Notes: a model not told the origin generated them from the sequence alone. 64,000 bases of DNA from Candidatus Zixiibacteriota bacterium (GCA_024641335.1 JAHEDG010000001.1:46910-110909), one strand, 5' to 3'. Positions 36,603 to 46,483 are shown, counted from the first letter of the stretch. Numbers and translations: made by a program.

Positions 36603-39488
36603 ATGAGCTTTCCCGCAGACGAGGGACAGCTCGAGGATATCCGAAGCAGCATACGCAATGTCCTGACGGAATCCGATCTTTCCAGCAAGGATATCAACGG
36701 CGTACTCCTTGCTATTGAGGAAGTCTGTACCAATGTCATCAGGCACGCTTATCTCTATGGCCCCGGAACTATCAGGATAAAAGTAAAACTGTACCATGGG
36801 CGGGTCTCTTTCTCCATATTCGATAAAGGCCGCAAATTCGATTACGATCATTCCGAAACCCCTGATCTGAACCGCTATATCAAAACCGGCCGCAAAGGCG
36901 GCCTGGGGTTATATCTGATCCGCAAGATGATGGATTCTGTGGAGTATTATTCCCGCGATGGCGAAAACGAACTGCGTATGGAAAAACAGGCCGACAAACA
37001 ACCGTCGAGAACTATCAGGGCTCCGGGCGTTTCCATCAGGGTGAAATTTTCTCTATGGGCGTCGCTGGTCGTCTTCGCCATCGTTACCAGCGTATTTATC
37101 TACATAGATAAGAGAACCGCCGAAGGAGCCACGGCCAGATTCTTCAAAGGCGCCTCCGATGTCATGGATTCATTTGTTTCCGATATCGGCGATAAGATCA
37201 TCTTCAAGGATGTAGATCTCTCCAAATCTGCCGAAGCCTGGCTGAAAGCCAATGAAAGTTTCACTTACCTGGTAGTAACCGATACTTCCGCGACTATAAT
37301 CGCCGATCCTAATAATCCCCGGAAGTTTCTCTCCAGATATGAGCCTATCCCCGAAAGCTACTATAACAACGACATAGCGGTTCAGGATTCATCGGGTATA
37401 AAAGCGTTCCATTACAAGAACACGGTGAAGCTCAACAACAATATCGTCGGATACGCCTATTTCGGAATTCTGGAATCTCCTCTGTTGGTGGAAATCGCCA
37501 ACGCCCGGCGGGGGTTATTTATAATCGCCATATTCGGTTTGATTGCCGGTTTCGTGGCGGTCTTCATGCTATCCAATTATTTTGTGAAACCGATTCAGAA
37601 GCTTACCGAAGGGGTGCTGAGAATAGGCGACGGCAATCTCGACCAGACCCTGCCGGTGGAGGGCGCCGATGAGTTTGCCGAGATAGCTATGGCATTCAAT
37701 GAGATTACCAACAAGTTCAAAAAATCGCAGGTAAACCTGGTCGAACAGGAACGTCTGCAAAAGGAAATGCAGGTGGCCCAGGAAATCCAGCATGCCCTTT
37801 TGCCTCGCAAATTTCCGGATGTCGAAGGGTACGATATCTCCACTATCTACCGGGCGGCCAAGGACGTGGGCGGAGATTATTTCGATTTCGTCAGGATCGA
37901 CGAGCATTCCATGGGGATAATCGTGGCCGACGTTTCCGGTAAAGGTGTTCCCGGGTCTCTGGTTATGACCATGATTCGAACGGCCCTGCGTTTGGAGTCG
38001 AGAGAAAACTATTCTCCCACATCCATCCTGAGCAAGGTTAACAAGTTCGTGGCCGACGATGTCAAGAAGGGAATGTTCATTACCATTTTCTTTATCACTC
38101 TGGATTCCCGAAAACGAACTATCTCTTACGCTTCCGCTGGTCATAATCCCATGATTCTATTCAGGAAAGATACCAATTCCTGCTATTTCCTCAATACCCG
38201 CGGAATGCCGCTGGGGATAAGCCTGCCGGACGATATCGCCTTTGAGGATTCTCTCCAGCATGACAGTGTCAAGCTGAAGAAAGACGATATGCTGGTGATC
38301 TACACCGATGGTATTACCGAGGCGATGAATAATTCCGGTCAGCAGTACGGCAACGACCGTCTGATCGAATTCATAAAAGCCAATTCCGAACTTCATCCTG
38401 AAGAGTTCACCAAAAAATTAGATGCCGATATCAACCGGTTTACTGCCGGAGCGCCGCAAAACGATGATATCACCCTGGTTGTGATTAAGGAAAAGATCAT
38501 GCTCGACGAGATAGTTTTCCAGCAGAGAAAACGTTTGATCGAGATGGTCGAATATGAGGGTATTTCAGCCGAGGATGCCTGCAAGGAGGCCGGGGTTTCC
38601 ATTTCGACCTATTATAAATACCGCCGCCGCTGGCAGAGGCTGGGTGACGCGGGATTACTGGATAAGAAGCTCAGGGCCGATTCCGGCATGAAGCAGATTC
38701 CCTATGAGGCTCGCAAGGAGATCCTCAATATAGTCAGAACTCACCCGGAATTCGGGGCCAAGAGAATAATCGATGAGGCTCGGAAAAACGGGATAGCTGA
38801 TCTGGATATGCGCGGTTTAAGCGAAGAGCTGACTCGCATGAGACTCAACACCAAAAAACTCCGTCTGGAATATGTGGAGAGAATGGGAGCTATGTCTCCC
38901 GATATGAGAGCGGAACTCGATAAGGAGATACTCAAGGATAAGGAGAAGAAAGAGCAGATCGACCGCGACGCCTATCTCGAGCAGATCAAGAAAAGCATCA
39001 GCGATAAGGCCCTGGAGGTTCCGCAGGGCTCCGATGAGGAACTCGAAAAGCTCAAGAGCCTGGAAACTGCTTTAGGAGATACGGGACTGTACAGCGATAT
39101 AGCCTCCGAACTGGGCAAACTCGGAGGAGGAAAAGATATCGCCGGTCTTTTCGAAAAGATGATACTGAAAATGGCCGAAGCTAAAGTGGATGAGGCTGAA
39201 ACCAGGGGAAATCCGGCCGAAGAAACAAATGATCAGGCGGCCGATCTGAACGTCTCAGAGTCGAAGGATAGCTTCCCGTCTCCTGAAGAGCCGAAAGAAA
39301 CAGGCGATTCCGAAGACAATGCCGGAAAACAGCCCGAGTTGGCGCCACAAACCCTGCCGGAATCGGACGCCACGCCTATCGACGTGGTCGACGCTGCTTC
39401 AGAGAATGACAATGCCGGCGAAGAAGAAGAACAGTTGGATTGGGACAATTACAGCAAAAAGCTTCAGGAAAAATTCGATAAAAAATGA
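36603..39488 (+). CDS. Multidomain membrane signalling protein: RsbW-like anti-sigma Ser/Thr kinase (HATPase) + TM + periplasmic sensor + TM + HAMP + PP2C/SpoIIE phosphatase + transposase-like HTH + acidic tail
   Basis: N-terminal 'LLAIEEVCTNVIRHAY...GGLGLYLIRKMMD' (HATPase_c_2). Two TM segments flank a ~130-aa loop. HAMP 'IQKLTEGVLRIGDGNLDQTL'. PP2C 'GGDYFDFVRIDEHSMGIIVADVSGKGVPGSLVMT...DMLVIYTDGITEA'. HTH 'GISAEDACKEAGVSISTYYKYRRRWQRLGDAGLLDKK...HPEFGAKRIIDE'. Start at 36603 (AAAGAGG RBS) is preferred over the track start 36573. Confidence 0.7.
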   Translation: MSFPADEGQLEDIRSSIRNVLTESDLSSKDINGVLLAIEEVCTNVIRHAYLYGPGTIRIKVKLYHGRVSFSIFDKGRKFDYDHSETPDLNRYIKTGRKGGLGLYLIRKMMDSVEYYSRDGENELRMEKQADKQPSRTIRAPGVSIRVKFSLWASLVVFAIVTSVFIYIDKRTAEGATARFFKGASDVMDSFVSDIGDKIIFKDVDLSKSAEAWLKANESFTYLVVTDTSATIIADPNNPRKFLSRYEPIPESYYNNDIAVQDSSGIKAFHYKNTVKLNNNIVGYAYFGILESPLLVEIANARRGLFIIAIFGLIAGFVAVFMLSNYFVKPIQKLTEGVLRIGDGNLDQTLPVEGADEFAEIAMAFNEITNKFKKSQVNLVEQERLQKEMQVAQEIQHALLPRKFPDVEGYDISTIYRAAKDVGGDYFDFVRIDEHSMGIIVADVSGKGVPGSLVMTMIRTALRLESRENYSPTSILSKVNKFVADDVKKGMFITIFFITLDSRKRTISYASAGHNPMILFRKDTNSCYFLNTRGMPLGISLPDDIAFEDSLQHDSVKLKKDDMLVIYTDGITEAMNNSGQQYGNDRLIEFIKANSELHPEEFTKKLDADINRFTAGAPQNDDITLVVIKEKIMLDEIVFQQRKRLIEMVEYEGISAEDACKEAGVSISTYYKYRRRWQRLGDAGLLDKKLRADSGMKQIPYEARKEILNIVRTHPEFGAKRIIDEARKNGIADLDMRGLSEELTRMRLNTKKLRLEYVERMGAMSPDMRAELDKEILKDKEKKEQIDRDAYLEQIKKSISDKALEVPQGSDEELEKLKSLETALGDTGLYSDIASELGKLGGGKDIAGLFEKMILKMAEAKVDEAETRGNPAEETNDQAADLNVSESKDSFPSPEEPKETGDSEDNAGKQPELAPQTLPESDATPIDVVDAASENDNAGEEEEQLDWDNYSKKLQEKFDKK

Positions 39489-40228
39489 TAAAACTGGCAA
39501 TTCTGACTTCCAAAGGCGGTACCGGCAAGACAACGACCGCTATTAACCTCGGACATGGTCTGGCTTTATCGGGAAAACGGGTATTGCTTGTGGACTGCGA
39601 TCCCCAGGGATCGGCGTCCTCCGCTTTCAATGTCAATTCCGATAAAGGGCTGGTCGATCTGATGATGAATAACACGGCGGATATCTTTAAGGTCCGGCCG
39701 AATTTCTATCTTTTGCCATCCGGCCGCAAGAGGCTGGCCGATCTGGAGATGAAAATAGCCGCCATGCCGGATCGGAATAATATCCTCAGCAGGTCTCTTT
39801 CCCGGCTTTCGGGGTGCGATTATGTAATTTTAGATTGCTCTCCGTCGATAAATGTCATAAATTTAAACGCCTTAGAATATGCCGATTACTTATTGATCCC
39901 TTCTTCGCTGGATTACTTTTCGCTGGAAGGGGTCAAGACGACGATGGAGATAAAGAGAGAAATGAGCGCTGGCAGGAACGGATCCCTTGAGATTGTCGGA
40001 GTATTGCCGACATTTTATGATAGGAGGACGACTATTTCCAGACTGGCCCTGGAGAATCTCAGGGATAATTACGGTGATATGGTGCTAACCACGGAAATTA
40101 GAAACAATGCTCAGATAAAAAAGTCTCAATGGCATCGGAAAACAATATTCGAGTACGCCCCTTACTCCTACGGCGCATACGATTATTTTAACCTGTCAAA
40201 GGAGATTTTGGAAAGGCTGGGGGATTAA
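39485..40228 (+). CDS. ParA/MinD-family P-loop ATPase
   Basis: Deviant Walker A 'KGGTGKTT'. 'LLVDCDPQGSAS' and 'VILDCSP' motifs. ATGA overlap with the upstream gene. Confidence 0.85.
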   Translation: MIKLAILTSKGGTGKTTTAINLGHGLALSGKRVLLVDCDPQGSASSAFNVNSDKGLVDLMMNNTADIFKVRPNFYLLPSGRKRLADLEMKIAAMPDRNNILSRSLSRLSGCDYVILDCSPSINVINLNALEYADYLLIPSSLDYFSLEGVKTTMEIKREMSAGRNGSLEIVGVLPTFYDRRTTISRLALENLRDNYGDMVLTTEIRNNAQIKKSQWHRKTIFEYAPYSYGAYDYFNLSKEILERLGD

Positions 40229-40234
40229 AAAGCT

Positions 40235-40954
40235 ATGAGCGATATCAAGATATCTCTGGACAGTTCCGCTTCGGAAGGAGCTATCTCGGTAGTCAGGGTG
40301 GACGGGGTTATCGATACCATGACCGCCCCGGAGTTGGAAAAAGTCATGAACTCCCTGCTGGAGCAACGGAAATATAATATCATTGTCGATCTGGGAGGGG
40401 TTGACTATATCTCCTCGGCCGGTTGGGGTATATTTATTTCCAATATCCGGGAGATCAGGCAAAATGCCGGGGATATTAAGTTGGCCAGGATGATCCCCAA
40501 TGTCTATGAGATATTCGAGCTTCTGGAATTCGATTCTATTCTCAGAGCGTTCGATACGCTGGAGAAGGCCAAAAATGACTACGATGCGGCCGGAGGTAAA
40601 ATACCAGTCTCCACAGCGGTGGCTGCCGGACAAATCTCGGGCCAGGCTTCGCCCGAATCCAAACCCGCTGATCCGGCCGTTCCGCTGACCCCCATAGACG
40701 ATGGGAGTCCGAAGGAGTTTTCCGGTTCCAAGCCTCAAATGGCTCCGTCGTCGCCCGGAATTCACGCGGTGGTTCTCGAGCTGGTCAATAAGGACCCGTT
40801 TTTCAGCATCTCCGAAATAAAGAATGAGGTCAACAGAAGACAGCCGCAGCATAAGGCCGGGTGGTGGAAGATATGGTCGATTCTCAAGGAACATAAACTC
40901 CTTAGCAAGAAAAGCCGATATCGCAGAGCGAGGACCCAATCCGGGGATAAGTAA
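40235..40954 (+). CDS. STAS-domain anti-sigma-factor antagonist (SpoIIAA/RsbV-like) with ~120-aa C-terminal extension
   Basis: STAS core 'ISVVRVDGVIDTMTAPELEKVM...IIVDLGGVDYISSAGWGIF' with the conserved phosphorylatable Ser in 'YISSAG'. Pro/Ser-rich linker followed by a basic C-terminal segment. Confidence 0.75.
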   Translation: MSDIKISLDSSASEGAISVVRVDGVIDTMTAPELEKVMNSLLEQRKYNIIVDLGGVDYISSAGWGIFISNIREIRQNAGDIKLARMIPNVYEIFELLEFDSILRAFDTLEKAKNDYDAAGGKIPVSTAVAAGQISGQASPESKPADPAVPLTPIDDGSPKEFSGSKPQMAPSSPGIHAVVLELVNKDPFFSISEIKNEVNRRQPQHKAGWWKIWSILKEHKLLSKKSRYRRARTQSGDK

Positions 40955-42777
40955 TGAGTAATTCCCCCCTGTCCAAGGCTTATATAGCCCTGTTTATTAT
41001 ATTAGGCGCGGTATTGCCCGCGGTCATTTATTTTGCCCCGTCTTTTTCGATTGCCGCCGGATTGGGGGCAGGGATATTGATTGTCATGGTTTCGATATCG
41101 TTAAGCCTGCTGAAAACAGTCCGGGAATCGGCGCTTGTCAGCAGTTTGTATGACCACGAACGCGCTCGGGAATGGTCGCTGGCCCCGAAGCTTTTATCCG
41201 AGATTGCCGCTGATAACGGCCAGAATAAGCGGCTGGATTTAAAGATCGCGGAATTGCTGAAAGATAAGTTTCAGTTTGCGAATTTCGCCATATTCTTCAG
41301 GGAGGGGCAGAAGTATGAACCCTGGGTTTACTCCGGCATATCTTCCCGCCGCCTCGGTTCTCCCAAGGCCTTTCTTTTAAGGCAGTATTTCAGAGGAATT
41401 AAGGAAAACGGCTCGGTTTCGACCGACGAGAGAATCCTGAGGCTGCTGTTTAAAAACCACTCCGATGACGATTTTGAATTTTCCTATTCCTTCGTCTATC
41501 AATGGGATCGCTCCCGGTCAATTATTCTGGTTGCCGGAAAGCCGGCGGATCTTATGGCCGACGCTTTGAAAAGCCCTGACTTTAACAGGACTTTATGGCC
41601 GTTTCTGGATTCCCAGCTGCGTCAGGGGATGTATCACGAAAAAATCCAATCGGAGCTCAAACGGCAGAGAAACGGCTATTCCCAAACGAAACGGGAGAAC
41701 GCCGATCTCAATAAAGAACTTAATAACAGGCTTTTGAATTTAAATTCATTTGTAAAAATATCCGGCGACCTATATTCTATTTTCAATGAGGATCAATTGT
41801 TCGCCACGCTGAAGGAAGTTGTCAAAGGCCAGCTGGGAGCCGATAAAACCGGGATTCTACATCCCACCGGCGAGGGTCATTTTGCTCTGGACGACGGTGA
41901 CATACAGCCCGAATTGAAATTAATATTGGATTCCGAATCGGAATTTTTCAGTTTGCTGGCTAAAAATCCCAAGCCGGTGCTTTTGCCTCTGGCTGCTTCA
42001 GGACTCAAGAAGGACGAGCCGTTTATCAGCGCGGCGTTGGGAAATGGTTACCAGGCCGCCTGTTCCATCAGGGTGGGAGACAAGCAGGGAGCGGTTCTTT
42101 TGGTCGGGTCGAAGAACGACAAAACTCCTTATTCTCAGTTCGCCCTCGATTCCCTTTCCATTATCACCAATATCGCCTCGCTGGCCCTGGAGAATATCAG
42201 GCAATATTCCACTATAGAGAAACTCTCTTATACCGACAGCATGACCGGGATCTACAACTACCGTTATTTTTATAAACGACTCAGCGAGGAAATTCTCAGA
42301 TCCAAAAGGTATGACCGTGAACTTTCGCTGGTGATTCTGGACATAGACAATTTCAAGATATTCAACGATAACTACGGCCATCAAACCGGCGATTTGATCT
42401 TAAAGCAGATATCGCGTCTGATCATGGAGACCATACGATCCATCGACGTGGTCAGCAGGTACGGCGGGGAGGAATTCTGTATAATAATGCCCGATACCGG
42501 CGAGGATAACTGCAATATTTTTATCGAGAGATTGAGAAATGAGATCGCTAATTTCAAATTCAAGTCCGAATCTGTCGATGTCAAAACGCCGGTTACGGTC
42601 TCGGTCGGAGGGGCGATATTTCCAGGGCACGCCGAAACTCCGGACAGAATTATCTATTGCGCCGACATGGCCCTTTTGAAAGCCAAATCGATGGGGCGTA
42701 ATAAAGCCATAATGTTTCAACCGGGGCTTTTGGAACAGGAGAAATCCTCAATTGGGAGGTTCGATGATAACTTATAG
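40954..42777 (+). CDS. Membrane-anchored GGDEF diguanylate cyclase with N-terminal sensory region
   Basis: Two N-terminal TM helices and a ~380-aa cytoplasmic region. GGDEF domain with active site 'RYGGEEF' and I-site 'RSID' five residues upstream. Confidence 0.85.
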   Translation: MSNSPLSKAYIALFIILGAVLPAVIYFAPSFSIAAGLGAGILIVMVSISLSLLKTVRESALVSSLYDHERAREWSLAPKLLSEIAADNGQNKRLDLKIAELLKDKFQFANFAIFFREGQKYEPWVYSGISSRRLGSPKAFLLRQYFRGIKENGSVSTDERILRLLFKNHSDDDFEFSYSFVYQWDRSRSIILVAGKPADLMADALKSPDFNRTLWPFLDSQLRQGMYHEKIQSELKRQRNGYSQTKRENADLNKELNNRLLNLNSFVKISGDLYSIFNEDQLFATLKEVVKGQLGADKTGILHPTGEGHFALDDGDIQPELKLILDSESEFFSLLAKNPKPVLLPLAASGLKKDEPFISAALGNGYQAACSIRVGDKQGAVLLVGSKNDKTPYSQFALDSLSIITNIASLALENIRQYSTIEKLSYTDSMTGIYNYRYFYKRLSEEILRSKRYDRELSLVILDIDNFKIFNDNYGHQTGDLILKQISRLIMETIRSIDVVSRYGGEEFCIIMPDTGEDNCNIFIERLRNEIANFKFKSESVDVKTPVTVSVGGAIFPGHAETPDRIIYCADMALLKAKSMGRNKAIMFQPGLLEQEKSSIGRFDDNL

Positions 42778-43771
42778 CGATAAATCGAATGGCCGCGGTT
42801 TGAGCGCCCGGACGATTATGGGTCTGTTTATGCTGATCTGCTTTATGGCCAGCCCGATTTCACTGCTTCGGGCCCAGACAAGTGATCAGTCTTATATCAT
42901 CGGAGTCGGCGATATCCTGACTATATCGTTCTGGCAGGAGCCAGAACTCAATACGGCGGCCAGGGTCGGGGAAGACGGGATGATTACCCTGCCGGTAATT
43001 GGCGATATCAAGGCCGGAGGACTTTCCACCTCGAGATTGTCGAAAAATATAGTGGAGCAGATGACATTTTACCATACTCCCATTTCTCAAGCTACGGTAG
43101 TGGTAACCGAGTATCATTCCAGGTACGTGGTGGTGACCGGAGAGATCACCAACCCGGCCACTCAAAGCTATGAAAAAATCCCGGATCTCTGGAGAGTGAT
43201 TCTCGATGCCGGAGGACCTACCAGCATGGCCGATCTATCCCATGTAACCATAATCCGGAAAGTCGGCGATAAATCCGAGGTTCTCAATGTCAATATGTAC
43301 GATATAATCAGGAGCGGCGATCTCGGCCGGGCTCCTGAACTTAAGCCGGGAGACCTGGTTAATGTCCCGACCTCATCCCTGGGCGTAGCTTTCGATCTCG
43401 GCAAGGGTTCTAAATTCGAAGGCAAGAATATTTATTATGTCCTCGGTAATGTTTTAACGCCCGGCGTGCGGAACCTCGAAGATGGAATGGACGTATTAGA
43501 TGCCATAACCGCGGCCGGAGGGTATACGCCCGAGGCAGATTTGAAAAATGTCAGGGTGATTGTAAAGGGCACGACTTATTCCAGCATCGTGAAATTGGAT
43601 ATGGAAAAATATATCGAGCAGGGTTCGCCGGCCAGATTAGTTCTCGGCCCGGAGGATACGGTAGTTATCCCGGCCAGGAGATCAAACGCTTTTTCAGGCG
43701 CCTTGAACGCGGCCATACAGATTATCCCGTTGATAACGGCCTTAGGGACTTTGGTCCTTTTATCGAGATAG
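42764..43771 (+). CDS. wza: Polysaccharide export outer-membrane protein (Wza-like; Poly_export + SLBB)
   Basis: 'YIIGVGDILTISFWQEPELNTAARVGEDGMITLPVIGDIKAGGLS' Poly_export motif. Repeated SLBB-like segments. GGGAGG RBS before the ATG at 42764. Confidence 0.8.
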   Translation: MITYSDKSNGRGLSARTIMGLFMLICFMASPISLLRAQTSDQSYIIGVGDILTISFWQEPELNTAARVGEDGMITLPVIGDIKAGGLSTSRLSKNIVEQMTFYHTPISQATVVVTEYHSRYVVVTGEITNPATQSYEKIPDLWRVILDAGGPTSMADLSHVTIIRKVGDKSEVLNVNMYDIIRSGDLGRAPELKPGDLVNVPTSSLGVAFDLGKGSKFEGKNIYYVLGNVLTPGVRNLEDGMDVLDAITAAGGYTPEADLKNVRVIVKGTTYSSIVKLDMEKYIEQGSPARLVLGPEDTVVIPARRSNAFSGALNAAIQIIPLITALGTLVLLSR

Positions 43772-43777
43772 GAATAT

Positions 43778-45361
43778 TTGAGCAACTCCGAAAAACAGGT
43801 TGATATCAGGGAATACTGGGGAGTAATCGTCAGGCGCAAAGCCGTACTTATTTTGCCCTTGATTATTGTCCCGCTGATCGCGCTGGCCGCCAGTTATTTT
43901 CTCGCGCCGGTATATATGTCGTCGGTCAGTATTATGCTCGGGGAATCACGGATTCTGCCCCCATCGGTGGAACGTCAACTCGAAGGACAGCCGTCTTATT
44001 CGAGAATCTCCAATCTGGAAAGGCAGAGGTCATACCAGAACCAGATAACTTCCACCAAATACCTGCGGCGGCTTATAGCCGTACTTGATATCCCCATAAA
44101 CGACCAGATCAGGCAGGTAGCGGCTCAAACCAAAGCCCTATACCCTGAAATCTCCGAGAACGAACTGGCCGAGACTATCCTGGCCAACGGTCTCGGGAAA
44201 AATGTAGTAGTCGAGCTCAGCGCCCACGATCTGCTTCAGATCTCATTCGAGGCTTCCGACCCGGTTTCGGCTCAGAAGAGAGCCAAGGCCCTGGCTGATA
44301 TCTTTATCGAGGAGAGCCTGGCTAACGAACTGGCCGGGATCAGATCGAATATCACTTTCTCGGAAGAACAACTGGCATTTTATCGGGATAAACTGAAAAC
44401 CGCCGAGGAGAAACTGACCAATTTCCGTCAGCAGCTTTTGGTCAGCGGGGTGGCGGAAGATACCAGCGGATACAGTCTGCTGCAGATAGTTTCTGCGGCC
44501 GAGGCTCTGGATCTGGAGATCTCTGTTCAGGAGAGTAAACTGCTCGATTTGCGGGCGAAGATGATTTCGGATAAGGTCGATGTCGGCAAGCTGAATATCC
44601 CCAATGAGCTGCAGGCGGCCAAAGATCAACTTTTGAAAACTATAAGCAAGCTGACCGATCTTATAACCAAACACAGCTGGCGCGATCCCAAGGTCCTGAA
44701 TCTCAATGAGGAAGCCAGAATCATGCTGGCCGATCTCAATACCAGAATCAAGGGGGACGTGAACCGCAGATACGCCGATCGTTCGGAATCGATCAGGGAT
44801 AATATCGCCGCTTATCTGATCGGGCAGTTGAATCTCGATTTCAACCGGGAAAAAAGGATTACTCTGGATAAAAGCATCGGACGGATAAAATCCCAGCTTT
44901 CGAAAAATCCGGATTCAGAAATTACCATGGAGCGGCTGCGCAGCGAAATCGATAATTACAAAACCCTTTATGATCTTTTCGTGCAGCATTCCCAGTACGC
45001 CGCCATAGATCAATCGGCCAAGAAAGTTGAGGCCGAAGCCAAGTATATTATTATAAAGCCGGCGTCTCTTCCGCTGATCCCTGAGTTCCCCAATAAAATC
45101 AAGCTTCTGCTAATGGGTTTTGTACTCGGTTTGATATTGGGGGGAGGAGTGATCCTTCTTTTGGAGATCATCGACAGCTCGTTTAAGAAAGTAGAGGATG
45201 TCGAGGAATATCTGAAGCTAAGGGTGGTCGGAACTATCCCGAAAATCGCTCTGCCTTACGGTTCAGGGTTTAAAAAGAAAATACCTGTTTTGATCGGCGC
45301 CGGTATAAGTTTTATTTTGGTGCTTTTGATCATATTTTTAAATTTTAGGAAGAACGGTTAA
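43778..45361 (+). CDS. Polysaccharide co-polymerase (Wzz/Wzc-like chain-length determinant, no kinase domain)
   Basis: N-terminal TM, long coiled-coil periplasmic region, and a C-terminal TM with 'PASLPLIPEFPNKIKLLLMGFVLGLILGGG' (GNVR-like). Confidence 0.75.
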   Translation: MSNSEKQVDIREYWGVIVRRKAVLILPLIIVPLIALAASYFLAPVYMSSVSIMLGESRILPPSVERQLEGQPSYSRISNLERQRSYQNQITSTKYLRRLIAVLDIPINDQIRQVAAQTKALYPEISENELAETILANGLGKNVVVELSAHDLLQISFEASDPVSAQKRAKALADIFIEESLANELAGIRSNITFSEEQLAFYRDKLKTAEEKLTNFRQQLLVSGVAEDTSGYSLLQIVSAAEALDLEISVQESKLLDLRAKMISDKVDVGKLNIPNELQAAKDQLLKTISKLTDLITKHSWRDPKVLNLNEEARIMLADLNTRIKGDVNRRYADRSESIRDNIAAYLIGQLNLDFNREKRITLDKSIGRIKSQLSKNPDSEITMERLRSEIDNYKTLYDLFVQHSQYAAIDQSAKKVEAEAKYIIIKPASLPLIPEFPNKIKLLLMGFVLGLILGGGVILLLEIIDSSFKKVEDVEEYLKLRVVGTIPKIALPYGSGFKKKIPVLIGAGISFILVLLIIFLNFRKNG

Positions 45362-45364
45362 TTT

Positions 45365-46483
45365 ATGTCCGGCACAGGTTACTCCGATAAAATAAAACAT
45401 CTCGACCGGGAGTATCTCGTTCAAACTTCAATCAACGGTCAAACCCGGTCTATCAATGTTTCTATTTTCCATTCCGGGCAGCTGATAAGCGGTCGGGTTT
45501 TTCCGCACCCTGATAATCTGGACGATCAGGGTCTGGCTGAATACACCCTGGAAATTCACAGACAATATCGCGCTGATTTCGCTTCGCTACTCGGCCTGAT
45601 CGAAAAAATGAAAGAATCTGACCGCCCGGATATCATAGGCAAAATAGGTATGACACTTTATTCTCGGAAACTCTATAACGAGGGACTGGAATTACTGGCA
45701 TCGGCGGTGGAGAAGCACCCTGAGAATTCCGGGCTGAAAATGATCATGGGGAAATTGCTTTTGGCTACCGGACGGTTCGCGGAGGCTCAGGCAAGCCTCA
45801 AATCTGCGGTGGATCTTTCGCCGGAATATCCCGATTACAGGAATCTTTTGGGCGTTGCCTGCCTCAGATCCGAAAAGCCCGTGGAAGCTATTGCCCAATT
45901 CAAGAAGGCGGTGGAGTTGAATATCTATTTCGACCAGGCTCATTTCAATCTCGGACTGGGGTATATTCTTAACGGCATAGTCAAAGAGGATTTCGAACTG
46001 GCCAGAAATCTCAAGGCAAACAGCATCGAGGCGTTCGGCAAAGCGGCCATGTTTAATCCCCGCCTGATCTGCGACGAGTATAAAAAGGGGCTGGCTCTGC
46101 TGGAAGAAGACAAACTGGAAGAATCATTCGCCATTCTTGCCGATATAGCCGAAAATCCCGATATCGAATCGCCCAAAGAAAGACTGATGGAAATGTACTT
46201 GCGGTATGTTCATGGCGAAAACGGTGTAACGGAAGATGGAATCAAAGATTATATCGAGAAAATTCAAAATCTCCTGAAAGCCAGCCCGGCTTACGCCGAT
46301 TTGCAGAATGAACTGGGTATGGCCTATACCATAATGGGGAAATTCATGAGAGATAAGGCTATCGAACACTTCAAAAAGGCGCTCGATGTCAATCCGCGTT
46401 TTTCCCGCGCCAATAAAAATCTGAGGCTTTCGGAGAACGACTTGAAAGGTTTCGAGGTGCTTCTGGAGGCTATCCTCAAATGA
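45365..46483 (+). CDS. TPR-repeat protein
   Basis: Several TPR-like repeats ('AIAQFKKAVELNIYFDQAHFNLGLGY', 'AIEHFKKALDVNPRFSRANKNL'). Confidence 0.7.
   Translation: MSGTGYSDKIKHLDREYLVQTSINGQTRSINVSIFHSGQLISGRVFPHPDNLDDQGLAEYTLEIHRQYRADFASLLGLIEKMKESDRPDIIGKIGMTLYSRKLYNEGLELLASAVEKHPENSGLKMIMGKLLLATGRFAEAQASLKSAVDLSPEYPDYRNLLGVACLRSEKPVEAIAQFKKAVELNIYFDQAHFNLGLGYILNGIVKEDFELARNLKANSIEAFGKAAMFNPRLICDEYKKGLALLEEDKLEESFAILADIAENPDIESPKERLMEMYLRYVHGENGVTEDGIKDYIEKIQNLLKASPAYADLQNELGMAYTIMGKFMRDKAIEHFKKALDVNPRFSRANKNLRLSENDLKGFEVLLEAILK

Noticed and set aside
37569-38144. 191-aa minus-strand ORF
   Set aside because: Antisense to the PP2C domain region of the fusion gene.
38500-38830. Possible IS element / transposase remnant
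   Set aside because: Only an HTH resembling transposase OrfA is present. It is in-frame within a larger signalling gene, with no DDE domain, no terminal inverted repeats and no target-site duplication. Treated as a domesticated domain, not a mobile element.
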